DNA of 64,000 bases from Squalus acanthias. Taxonomy: Eukaryota. The stretch is taken from positions 87,670,001 through 87,734,000 of the forward strand of contig CM059432.1 in the NCBI GenBank assembly GCA_030390025.1. Direction: 5' to 3'. Positions 39,833 through 50,274 of the stretch are shown one piece after another (position 1 is the first letter of the stretch; each line of letters begins with the position of its first letter). Both the position numbers and the translations under genes were made by a program. The notes below the pieces were generated by a model. That model was not told where the DNA came from, made no database searches, and saw only the letters and a list, made by a program, of their open reading frames with translations.

Positions 39833-42800
39833 CAGCAGCATAGTGGTAATGTCACTGGGCTAGCAATCCAGAGGCCTGGACTAATGATCCAGAGATGTGA
39901 GTTGAAATCCCAACACAGCAGCTGGGGAATTTAAATTCAGTTAATTAAATAAACCTGGAATAAAAAGCTAGTATCAGTAATGGTGACCATGAAACTATCG
40001 GATTGTCATAAAAACCCATCTGGTTCTCTAATGTTCTTTAGGGAAGGAAATCTGCCGTCCTTACCTGGTCTGGCCTATATGTGACTCCAGACCCACAGCA
40101 ATGTGGTTGACTCTTAACTGCCCTCTGAAATGGCCTAGCAAGCCACTCATTTGCAGCAAACCGCTACGAAACACAATAAGAAGAATGAAACAGGACGGAC
40201 CACCCGGCATCGACCTCGGCACCGGCTACGGACATGGCAAAGGCACACCCAGCCCAGTCGACCCTGCAAATCCTCCTCACCAACATCTGGGAACTTGTGC
40301 CAAAATTGGTAGAGGTGTCTCACAGACTAGTCAAGCAACAGCCTGACATAGTCATACTCACAGAATCATACCTTTCAGCCAATGTCCCAAACTCCTCCAT
40401 CACCATTCCTGGGTATGTCCAGTCCCACCGGAAGGACAGAACCACCAGGGGTGGCGGCACAGTGGTATACAGTCGGGAAGGAGTGGCCCTGGGAGTCTTC
40501 AACATTGACTCTTGGCCCCATGAAGTCTCATGGCTTTAGGTCAAGCATGGGCAAGGAAACCTCCTGCTGATTACCTCATACCGCCCTCCCTCAGCTGATG
40601 AATCAGTACTCCTCCATGTTGAACACCACTTGAAAGAAGCAATAAGAGTATACAAGGGCACAGAATGTACTCTGGGTGGGGGACTTCAATGTCCATCACC
40701 AAGAGTGGCTCGGTAGCACCACTACTGACCGAGCTGGCCGAGTCCTGAAGAACATAGCTGCCAGTCTGGGCCTGCGACAGGTGGTGAGAGAACCAACACG
40801 ACGGAAAAACCTACTTGACCTCGTCCTCACTAATCTACCTGTTGCAGATGCATCTGTCCATGACAGTATTGGTAGCAGTGACCACCACACAGTCATTGTG
40901 GAGATGAAGTCCCGTCTTCACACAAGGACATGCTCCATTGTGTTATGTGGCACTAACACCGTGCTAAATGGGATAGATTCAGAATAGATCTAGCAGCTCA
41001 AAACTGGGCATCCATGAGGCGCTGTGGGCCATCAGCAGCAGCAGAATTGTATTCCACCACAATCTGCAACCTCATGTCCCAGCATATCCCTCACTCTACC
41101 ATTACCATCCAGCCAGGGGACCAACCCTGGTTCAATAAGGAGTTTAGAAGAGCATGGCAGGAGCAGCACCAGGCATAACTAAAAATGAGGTCCCAACCTG
41201 GGGAAGCTGCAACACAGGACTACATGCATGCTTAAAAGCGGAAGTAGCATGTTATAGACAGGGCTAAGCGATCCCACAATCAATGGATCAGATCAAAGCT
41301 CTGCAACATGCCACATCCAGTTGTAAATTATGGTGGACCATTAAACAACTAACGGGAGGAGGAGGCTCCATGAATAGCCCCATCCTCAATGATGGTGGAG
41401 CTCAGCACATGAGTGCAAAAGACAAGGCTGAAGCGTTTGCAACCATCTTCAGCCAGAAGTGCCGAGTGGATGATCCATATCGGCTTACTCCTGAGTCCTC
41501 ACCATCACAGAAGCCAGTCTTCAGCCAATTCGATTCATTCCACGTGATATCAAGAAACGGCTGAGCACACTGGATACAGCAAAGGCTATGAGCCCCGACA
41601 ACATCCCGGCTATCGTGCTGAAGACTTGTGCTCCAGAACTAGTCGCACCTCTAGCCAAGTTCCAGTACAGCTATAACACTGGCATCTATCCGACAAAGTG
41701 GAAAACTGCCCAGGTGTGTCCTGTCCACAAAAAGCAGGACAAATCCAATCCGGCCAATTACCACCCCATCAGTCTACTCTCAATCATCAGCAAAGTGATG
41801 GAAGGTGTCATCGACAGTGCTATCAAGCGACACTTACTCACCAATAACCTGCTCACTGATGCCCAGTTTGGGTTCTGTCGGAACCACTCGGCTCCCAACC
41901 TCATTACAGCCTTGGTCCAAACATGGACAAAGGAGCTGAATTCCAGAGGTGAGGTGAGAGTGACTGCCCTCGATATCAAGGTAGCATTTGACCGAGTGCG
42001 GCATCAAGGAGCCCTAGTAAAACTGAAGTCAACGGGAATCGGGGGGAAATCTCTCCACTGGCTGGAGTCATAGCTAGCACAAAGTAAGATTGTTGTGGTG
42101 GTTGAAGGTCAATCATCTCAGCCCCAGGACATCGCTGCAGGTGTTCCTCAGGGCAGTGTCCTTGGCCCAACCATCTTCACCTGCTTTATCAATGACTTTC
42201 CCTCCAACATAAGATCAGAAATGGGGATGCTCGCTGATGACTGCACAGTGTTCAGTGCCATTCACAACTCCTCAGACAATGAAACAGTCCTTGCCTGCAT
42301 GCAACAAGATCTGAATGACGTTCAGGCTTGGACTGATAAGCGGCAGGTAACATTCACGCCACAGAAGTGCCAGGCAATGACTATCTCCAACAAGCGAGAG
42401 TCTAACCACCGCCCTTGAAAATTCAATGGCATTACCATCACCGAATCCCCCACCATCAACATCCTGGGGGTCACCATTGACTAGAAACTTAACTGGACCA
42501 GCCACATAAATACTGTGACAACAAGAGCAGGTCAGAGGCTAGGTATTCTGCGGCGAGTGTCTCACCTCCTGACTCCCCAAAGCCTTTCCACCATCTACAA
42601 GGCACAAGTCAGGAGTGTGATGGAATACTCTCCACTTGCCTGGATGAGTGCAGCTCCAACAGCACTCAAGAACCTCGACACCATCCAGGACAAAGCAGCC
42701 TGCTTGATTGGCACCCAATCCACCAGCTTAAACATTCACTCCCTCCACCACCGGCGTACCGTGGTTGCAGTGTGTACCATCTACAAGATGCACTGCAGCA

Positions 42801-43132
42801 ACTTGCCAAGGCTTCTTCGACAGCACCTCCCAAACCCGCGACCTCTTCCACCTAGAAGGACAAGGGCAGCAGGCACATGGGAACACCACCACCTCCAAGT
42901 TCCCCTCCAAGTCACACACCATCCTGACTTAGAAATATATCGGCGATCCTTCATCGTCGCTGGGTCAAAATCCTGGAACTCCCTACCTAACAGCACTGTG
43001 GGAGTACCTTTACCACACGGACTGCAGCGGTTTAAGCAGGCGGCTCACCACCACCTTCTCAAGGGCAATTGGGGATGGGCAATAAATGCTGGCATTGCCA
43101 GTGACACCCAAATCCCATAAACGAATTTAAAA
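39833..43132 (+). mobile_element. CR1/L2-group LINE with a tRNA/SINE-like 5' end and a single broken EN-RT ORF
   Basis: EN (ILTESYL, GDFN, SDH) and RT (GVPQGSVLGP, LADD) motifs; 3' tail GGGCAATAAATGCTGG...AAAAA; no ORF1. Confidence 0.88.
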
Positions 43133-43929
43133 AATGCCCAATAGCCCATATGAAAGCACAACCCAGGGGTGTAACACTCGTGACCTGCAGTGGATAATGT
43201 GCCTTTCACATATGCCCTCATGTGCGCTTTTCCATTATTTCAGTAGGTGGACTGATAACACTTTGTTTTCTCAGCAGCTGCCGCTGCAAGGAAAGTTTCT
43301 AACCTACGCAAGCCCTCTTTCATTTAAAACACAACACTTAAATGGAACTCGTTTCCAAATCCTTTCTGTGGAAAACTGAATCCCGAAATGTGACAGGGAG
43401 GTTGTAGAGAAGAAGCCAACACATTTGAAAGACAGCACGACCATTATAAAATGGGATTACATCAAATGAGCAGCACCAATTGCATTGTGACCGTAGGTTG
43501 CGGTTGTATCAATGATTCACAGCTGGCAGCACCTTGTTTATGCTGCTTGGCTGAAAATCCAACTCTTATGGCCAGAAGACACCTCTGTCCGTGTGTGCTT
43601 ACATGCATGACAGAGCTCTATTACCGAGCTGGTAAATCCTGAATATGTTGAGAACATTCAGTCTCAAAATATTTAAGTAATCTCTGCCAATCTTTATAAA
43701 GTGTCAAGGAGGTTCAACGCAAGAACCTTTTTAAATAGACCTGACACTGCACTGGAGTTATACTCAGTTCACTTAAGATGTCCTCCTCCAGGGGATCTCG
43801 CAGTATGTCAGGTCAGGATGCAACTCTGAAACGATGCTGTGACATTTGTGTCACTGCAAAGAGGAAACAACTTTGCAGCAACACAGCATAACTGCACCTT
43901 ATAGGAGGTGGAAACTCCAGAATTTTGAA

Positions 43930-44802
43930 CAACAGCAACAATTTGTATTTATATACGCCTTTAACATATAAAAATGTGCCAAAGTGCTTCACAGAAGTGT
44001 AATCAGACAAAAATCTTTGCTGATCCAAAGAAGGTGATATTAGGAGGGGGTAACCAAAAGTTTGGTCAGAGTTGGGTTTTAAGGAGGGTCTTATAGGAGG
44101 AAAGGGAGGTGGAGAGGCTCAGATGTTTAGGGAAGGAATTGCAGAGAGTAGGGCCTAGACAGCTGAAGGCAGAGCCACCAGTGGTGTGGCAAAGGGACTG
44201 AGGGATGCACAAGACGTCACAGTTGGAGGAACACAGAGTTCTTGGAGGGTTGTAAGGCTGGAGAAGATTACAGAGATAGGGAGGGATGAGGCCTCATACC
44301 TCCCTATCTCTGAAGGATTAGGGCTCATGGGATTGAGGATAATATATTAACATGGATGAGGATTAGTTAACAGACAGAAAACAGAGAGTAGGAATAAACG
44401 GGTCATTTTCGAGTTGGCAGGCTGTAAATAGTGGGGTACTGCAAAGATTAGTGCTTGGGCCTCAGCTATTTAGAATCTATAGCAATGACTTAGATGAGGG
44501 GACTGAATGTAATGTATCCAAGTTTGCTGACAATACAAAGCTAGGTGGGAATGTAAGTTGTGAGGAGGATGCAAAGAGTCTGCAAAGGGATATAGACAGG
44601 TTAAGTGAGTGGGCAAGAACATGGCAGATGGACTATAATGTGAAGATATGTGAAGTCATCTACTTTGGTAGGAAAATAGAAAAGCAGAATATTTTTTAAA
44701 TGGTGCGAGATTGGGAAATGTTGGTATTCAGAGGGACCTGGGCGTCCTTGTACACCAATCACCAAAAGTTAACATGCAGGTACAGCAAGCAATTAGGAAA
44801 GC
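43930..44802. mobile_element. L2-like fragment fused through a palindrome to a CR1 RT fragment
   Basis: 44200-44300 is similar to 39650-39745; CR1 RT ORF at 44451-44699. Confidence 0.65.
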
Positions 44803-45499
44803 ATCCTGGTCCTCAGAATCTGAAGAGGATCAGCCGCAGCAGCAGCAGAACCAGGCACACCAACATCACCAACAACAAGAGTGCCAACCTTCTCCTCAAC
44901 CACCTGATGCTGCACAGGGCAGAGGCCATCAGCGCAGGGCTGCACCTCACCGCAGGAGATACACCGAACACAGGGCGAGGATGAGCTTCCTCAACATGAA
45001 AGAGTAGCAGTGCCAAAGGAAGCTGAGTCTTTCGCGAGAGGTAGTCGCAGACATTTGCACAATGCTCGATCAGGACCTGCAGCCCAGAGGAGCAGGTGGA
45101 TACACCTTACCGGTGGCTGTCAAAGTCATCACCGGCCTCAATTTCTTTGCTTCAGGCTCCTTCCAGGGATCAGCAGCAGACATTAGCAGCATCTCCCAGT
45201 CGGCCGCCCACAGATGTATCACGCAGGTCACCGATGCCCTCTTTTCACAAGTCCGCAAATTACATCCACTTTTCCACTGATGAAGCAAGTGTTTCCGAGC
45301 GGGCGCTAGCCTTTGTCAATCTGGCTGCCTTCCCACGGGTGCAGGGCATCATCGACTGCACACATGTGGCCATCAGGGCACCCCACCAGAACCCAGCAGC
45401 ATTTGTAAATTGCAAGGGCTTCCACTCCCTTAACGTGCAGCTGATCTGCAACCATAGGAAGAGCATCATGCATGTGTGCGCGAGATTCCCTGGCAGCTG

Positions 45500-47154
45500 T
45501 GTAAGGGGTTCCTGACCCTGCGTGTCTCGCAGCCTGTGAGATTCACGCGGCTCTGTGCAGCCTGTATGTCAGTGCGGGTCTAGGCCTTGTTGCCTGTTCT
45601 GGTCTCCAGCCAGTCTGGGAACACTAGACACACCTGTGAGTGGTTCGAATCACTCTCCCTTACGGTTCTAGACACTGGACTTAGATGCGAGAGCAGTAAT
45701 GGAGATAAAACTCATGTAGACTTGGTTTGAATGGTACGAAATGGAAAATCTTTATTGCATGATACTTAAAATTATGAAATACATGTCATAAGCACAGATT
45801 AATGACAGTACAATCTTACAAACAGTTATATAGTCGATCTTAGGGAAACGAGGAACGAACGGCACAAAGTAAATAGGGGCACACATTACAAATATCCTTA
45901 ATCCTTAAACCCTCCCCTATCAATATCTATCCTAAACTAGATTCGTAGGATTTCGAGACTCATGCTCACCACTCGTGATAACTCGGAGAAATTCCGAATA
46001 GCTGATCGGATGTTTTTCACCGCAGCACCCACGTGTCGGTCAGGAGATCTCCTGGTCCCACTTGTTTACTTGCTTCTGCTGCTCCGGCTAGCAGGCTGGA
46101 CCGTCTGCTGTGATGAAGACCTGTGTTGGTTGGTTTAACAGGTACTCTTCGAGCACAGTTATCGATATCGTCGATACGATATGTTTCCTTGCAAGTTCAA
46201 AGAAGTCTTCCTGGCGAGGAAAACTTGGCTAATCGACCTACAGGCGCGGTCGGGATTTACTGACCGTGGCGATGGATATGGTCTTCCTCTCTTCTCATCT
46301 CATCTCATCTCATCTCGGGCCTTCGGTTCCGCTGCCAGTTACCAACATAGGTCTTCGTTACGCGACACGAGGTAGATCCGAACGGATCAGAAAGTTCAAC
46401 AGTCTTTTCAGAAGAGGCAACAGGCGAGCAGGAGCGAGCCCAGCTACGAGTACACAGGAGCAGCCACGAGGTTACGAATCGACCGGATAAAAGCACAGGA
46501 GCCAGAGAGCAAGAGCAAGAGAGCGAATGGACGGTTTGGAGCCTGCAATTATAGTGCAAAATCTTCCGTTTTCCCGCCCAACTATAATGTCCATTCTTTT
46601 GTTTAGGGTTTGGCGCCCAAATGTCTTGTATGGGTGATCTCCGTTCTTAATGGGTTTCGGGGCTACTCGTAAATGTCTGAGTACCTGTTAATATTTCTCC
46701 CATTGTTAAATCGGTCGGTGTTCTCCCTGGAGGGGTTTGGGGCTTCCAAGTGTCCTGTATAACTACCTGCTAACGGCTCTCTCATCGTAGAGTCGTTGGG
46801 ATTTTACATATTAATGTCTTTTGGATGGGCCCTTGATTACTCGGTACAATGGCTTTCCTTTGTACCTGGGAGACCGATTTCAGTATCTATGTTTATACTG
46901 CAAACCCATAATGTCTCGTGTATTATCTTCACTGTGCTGAATCTTAATCGATCTTGCACAAATGTTTATTGGAACGCCATCTTGTCTGCCTGTTGAAAAG
47001 TCTAGAATGTTCTGTCACGAGGTGCGGCGGCCATTTTACAGGCTGCTTGTGTCCACTTTAAACCTGCCAGCATTCTGCTGAAATAAAAGCTGTTTGAACG
47101 AAACTCTGTGTTTTCTCCTTATTAACAAAATCGCGATATATTGCGAATTCTACA
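45500..47154 (-). repeat. 3' LTR (1655 bp)
   Basis: Direct repeat of 56615-58269 (offset 11115). Confidence 0.98.
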
Positions 47155-47167
47155 GTCCCTCCTGTTG
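47155..47167 (-). promoter_or_regulatory. Polypurine tract
   Basis: AACAGGAGGGAC immediately before the 3' LTR on the minus strand. Confidence 0.65.
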
Positions 47168-47607
47168 ATGCGAATAACTCCGCTTATCGTATCAAAAAAT
47201 CATAGTGGTGAGCAATGTTATCTCGATTTCTCTCTGAATCCAGTAAATTAATCCCATAATTTTAACTTAGCTAGGGTCTCTGTGTCGTCCTTATTTCCCA
47301 AGAAAATTACATTTTATATCACCGTAGGCATTATTTGCCCTTAAACTTACACCACTTGTTTTCCTTCCCGGCGTAACCAGGCCGATGCCTCTCGTATCAC
47401 CTGTATATTCATCTTTTATTCAGGGAAAGGAAAAACAAAAAACCCAAAACCAAACAATCATTTTTAACTGTAACACCATCACCAAAATAATCAACACCAA
47501 CTCTTAAAACATGTCGAGTTCCCAACGTATTTACAATCTCTGAAAATCTTATATGAGTACAAACTTCCGCGGCGCACGCGGCGAGCGGGGGTGACGCCAT
47601 TTTCCGA

Positions 47608-50142
47608 TTACACGATGCTTTCGTCGTGCACGCGCACGTAACGTTCTCGCCACTCTCCCGTGTTTTCATGCTTGGTGAGGCGTTTGTCTCTTTTACAATG
47701 TACGACCAATAGGTACACTACAATAAACACTTGGCATACGACTAAAATGTGGGAGGCTATTCTGATCCATGAAGGCACTTCAATATTAGTGAACAGATTC
47801 CACCACGGTGGAACTACTATATCCAGAATGTCTGTTCCTATTTCGACAGTTTTCTGCTCTAATGTGTAAAAGTGTTTCTGTGACACCGCGACGGCTTTTA
47901 AAAGCTTGGTGAGGTGTTCAGGGAGAGGGGGAATGAGGTATCCAAAATGCGTGACGAATCGCTGCAAGTCGGTGAAATTCTCTTTTACTGTGAGATGAAC
48001 AGTGGATGGTTCAGGGATTGGGATAATTCGCTGTTGTGCTACTTGAACTTCCGCCCTGGGTTTAAAACAGAAACTGCTGTCACTCACCGGACACCGGCTA
48101 CGGTTTCCATGCTGGTAGTGTTGCGCTGCAGTGGTAACACAATATGTTCCACCCCCGATGTATGCTACCTGCGGAGGCACATGATCTTGTGCCATTGCCT
48201 CCATGGTGCAATTCATGGACTTGGCGCCAGTCGTTCTGAACCCGCACTGTGGTGTTAAAAAGGCATTCAAGTGCTGGGGGCACAGTATTATGTGTGCTCC
48301 CCTGCCACGACAACCAGAGAGATCTGTACCTGTCATCGTTTGCTCCCAGCGGATGACGTAAGGTGGAACCGCTGCATAACGAATGTGGGCTCCCCCCTGA
48401 ATGACACCAATGTTCTCTACCCGATATACCGGGGCGGGCTTTGCTGTGTCGCCCAAAACCGGCATGCATAAAACTATACCCATAATGGTATGGTTTGATC
48501 GTCCGCAGTCCACGGGGACTGGGTATGCTTCTGAAGCTAGCCTGAGCTGGCACGGGCTCAATGCGTTCTGAAAAGGGTGGAGCGCCCGTAGGTGTTTGTT
48601 ACTTATCCAGGACGGAACCAAACCTTGTTTTAAATCCTCCAAATTACTGCGGCCCTCGCCCAGTAACCACGCCCCGTAAAGCACGCACACCTCGTTCTGC
48701 ACAGCTTGATCGGATGCATTCCGATCTTCCCTAATCAGGGCATTTACCGTCTTTGCATGTTTCTCCAACTCTGCTATAATTTCCTTTAAATGGAGGGTCA
48801 TGGCTTGGTCCTCGTGTAGACCTGACCCTACCACTTTATTCTCATCTGTTAGAATGTCTTTTAATTGTGTCTTTAAACCATTAATCTGGGTCTGCAGCTC
48901 CACACTGTCTAGAGCGTTGACCACAGATGTACCCGTGTTAAAAGCAGTGAACGCATCGTTCACCAAACCCCTTCTTTGCCTCCCTACTTGATCCAAAACT
49001 TCCTGTGGTGCGGTGTACAAACTTGTTTTATCAATTTCCGCGAAATCGAATTCGTAAAATTGCCTGAACATCTTGGTCAACAGGACCTGGTACAACTGTT
49101 CCGTCTTTTTGGGGCACCACTCTGGTAACCGCACCTCAGTGAGATTTAAAATCACCGAGGCCACCGCGTAATGTACCCCCTGAAATAGTATCTGGTCTGT
49201 GGGGACCAGTACCAAACCATTCCCGGGTCCCTTACTAGTTTTAGGGCACCCTTCTTCCTCAGCTAGAACCACCGGAATCGTGGGCGGGGCTTTGCGTGGG
49301 CGCGTAATGAGCTCAGTGGCATTTACTGGGATCGGGGAGAATGGGGCTCCGCACCCCCTGGTGCTCGCATCCCACCTCATCCCCTGTCCGTTATCCTGCC
49401 ATTGATTAATAAAAAATATGGAGATGCCTTTGGGGCAAACGTACTTTGACCCCCACATACATACATAAATTCCCTCATCCGGTTCCCACCATTTGTCCCA
49501 ACAGACTTTCACTTGTCCGTCTGTCCCCGTAATTGTCCGATGGGTATTATTACCCAGTCGTTCCCACTCGACCGAAGAGTTCCTCATAGTTTTGCTCAGC
49601 TTTCGCAGCCACCACCATCGGCTCAATGGGACCTTCCCACTACAAGTCAAACAAATCCGTTTGCCGACGGTGACGCTGATCCTGGGTGCGATGATCCTTA
49701 CTTTGGGGCACAGTAAAGAAGTCTCTTGGTAGGCAAACCCCGACGTGCTGGAATACTCCGTTGAGTTCGTTCCCAGCCATCCTGGCCACCTTCCCTTGTG
49801 GAAATAGGTGCTGGTCTCCTCTGCCTTCCGTCTTCCGGTCCCATCCACCGCGATGGGGGCCGTGTCCCCGGAACATCCAAACACCACGACATCCTTGGTG
49901 CGGCCTCGATAGGCCAATCCACATCCGATTGCCACGAGCAATACTAGAATTCGTTCCATCCTTCCTTGGTTCCTGTGATCAGATAGAATGAGGTAGCCAG
50001 CCTCGCAAGAGTCTCTGGCTTTTGTGAAGGGTGAGCGGGTCCCCTGACCTCGCCTCACGTAAACTTCAACGTTCGCTGAATAAACTTCAACTAAACCTAT
50101 CTTTAAAGCTCCCATCATTTTATCGTTTTCTGTTAAAAACAC
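47608..50142 (-). CDS. env: Envelope/class I fusion glycoprotein; likely start at 49959 (MERILVLL...)
   Basis: Signal peptide, Ig-like domain, RQRR furin site, fusion peptide plus heptad repeat, Cys-rich ectodomain, C-terminal TM and basic tail. Confidence 0.88.
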   Translation of the reverse strand: MFLTENDKMMGALKIGLVEVYSANVEVYVRRGQGTRSPFTKARDSCEAGYLILSDHRNQGRMERILVLLVAIGCGLAYRGRTKDVVVFGCSGDTAPIAVDGTGRRKAEETSTYFHKGRWPGWLGTNSTEYSSTSGFAYQETSLLCPKVRIIAPRISVTVGKRICLTCSGKVPLSRWWWLRKLSKTMRNSSVEWERLGNNTHRTITGTDGQVKVCWDKWWEPDEGIYVCMWGSKYVCPKGISIFFINQWQDNGQGMRWDASTRGCGAPFSPIPVNATELITRPRKAPPTIPVVLAEEEGCPKTSKGPGNGLVLVPTDQILFQGVHYAVASVILNLTEVRLPEWCPKKTEQLYQVLLTKMFRQFYEFDFAEIDKTSLYTAPQEVLDQVGRQRRGLVNDAFTAFNTGTSVVNALDSVELQTQINGLKTQLKDILTDENKVVGSGLHEDQAMTLHLKEIIAELEKHAKTVNALIREDRNASDQAVQNEVCVLYGAWLLGEGRSNLEDLKQGLVPSWISNKHLRALHPFQNALSPCQLRLASEAYPVPVDCGRSNHTIMGIVLCMPVLGDTAKPAPVYRVENIGVIQGGAHIRYAAVPPYVIRWEQTMTGTDLSGCRGRGAHIILCPQHLNAFLTPQCGFRTTGAKSMNCTMEAMAQDHVPPQVAYIGGGTYCVTTAAQHYQHGNRSRCPVSDSSFCFKPRAEVQVAQQRIIPIPEPSTVHLTVKENFTDLQRFVTHFGYLIPPLPEHLTKLLKAVAVSQKHFYTLEQKTVEIGTDILDIVVPPWWNLFTNIEVPSWIRIASHILVVCQVFIVVYLLVVHCKRDKRLTKHENTGEWRERYVRVHDESIV

Positions 50143-50145
50143 TAC

Positions 50146-50230
50146 AAACTTAACCTTGAACTATAAACTTAAAACTTAACCTTGAACTATAAACTTAAAA
50201 CTTAACCTTGAACTATAAACTTAAAACTTA
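50146..50230. repeat. 26-bp tandem repeat (x3.3) between pol and env
   Basis: Unit aaacttaaccttgaactataaactta. Confidence 0.95.
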
Positions 50231-50274
50231 CAACTTCTTACTATACAGTGCCGCCCGTTCTCAGGGCGGCCCCT

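Noticed and set aside
39833..39920. Functional tRNA gene
   Set aside because: No full cloverleaf evident; it is the head of a retroelement
45494..45499. 6-bp target duplication CAGCTG for the ERV
   Set aside because: The internal LTR copy shows that the terminal CA belongs to the LTR, leaving 4-bp GCTG
46181..46996. Duplicated short ORFs (also 57296-58111)
   Set aside because: Identical only because they lie in the LTRs; no recognisable motifs
50146..50230. CRISPR-like array
   Set aside because: Head-to-tail repeats without spacers, in eukaryotic context
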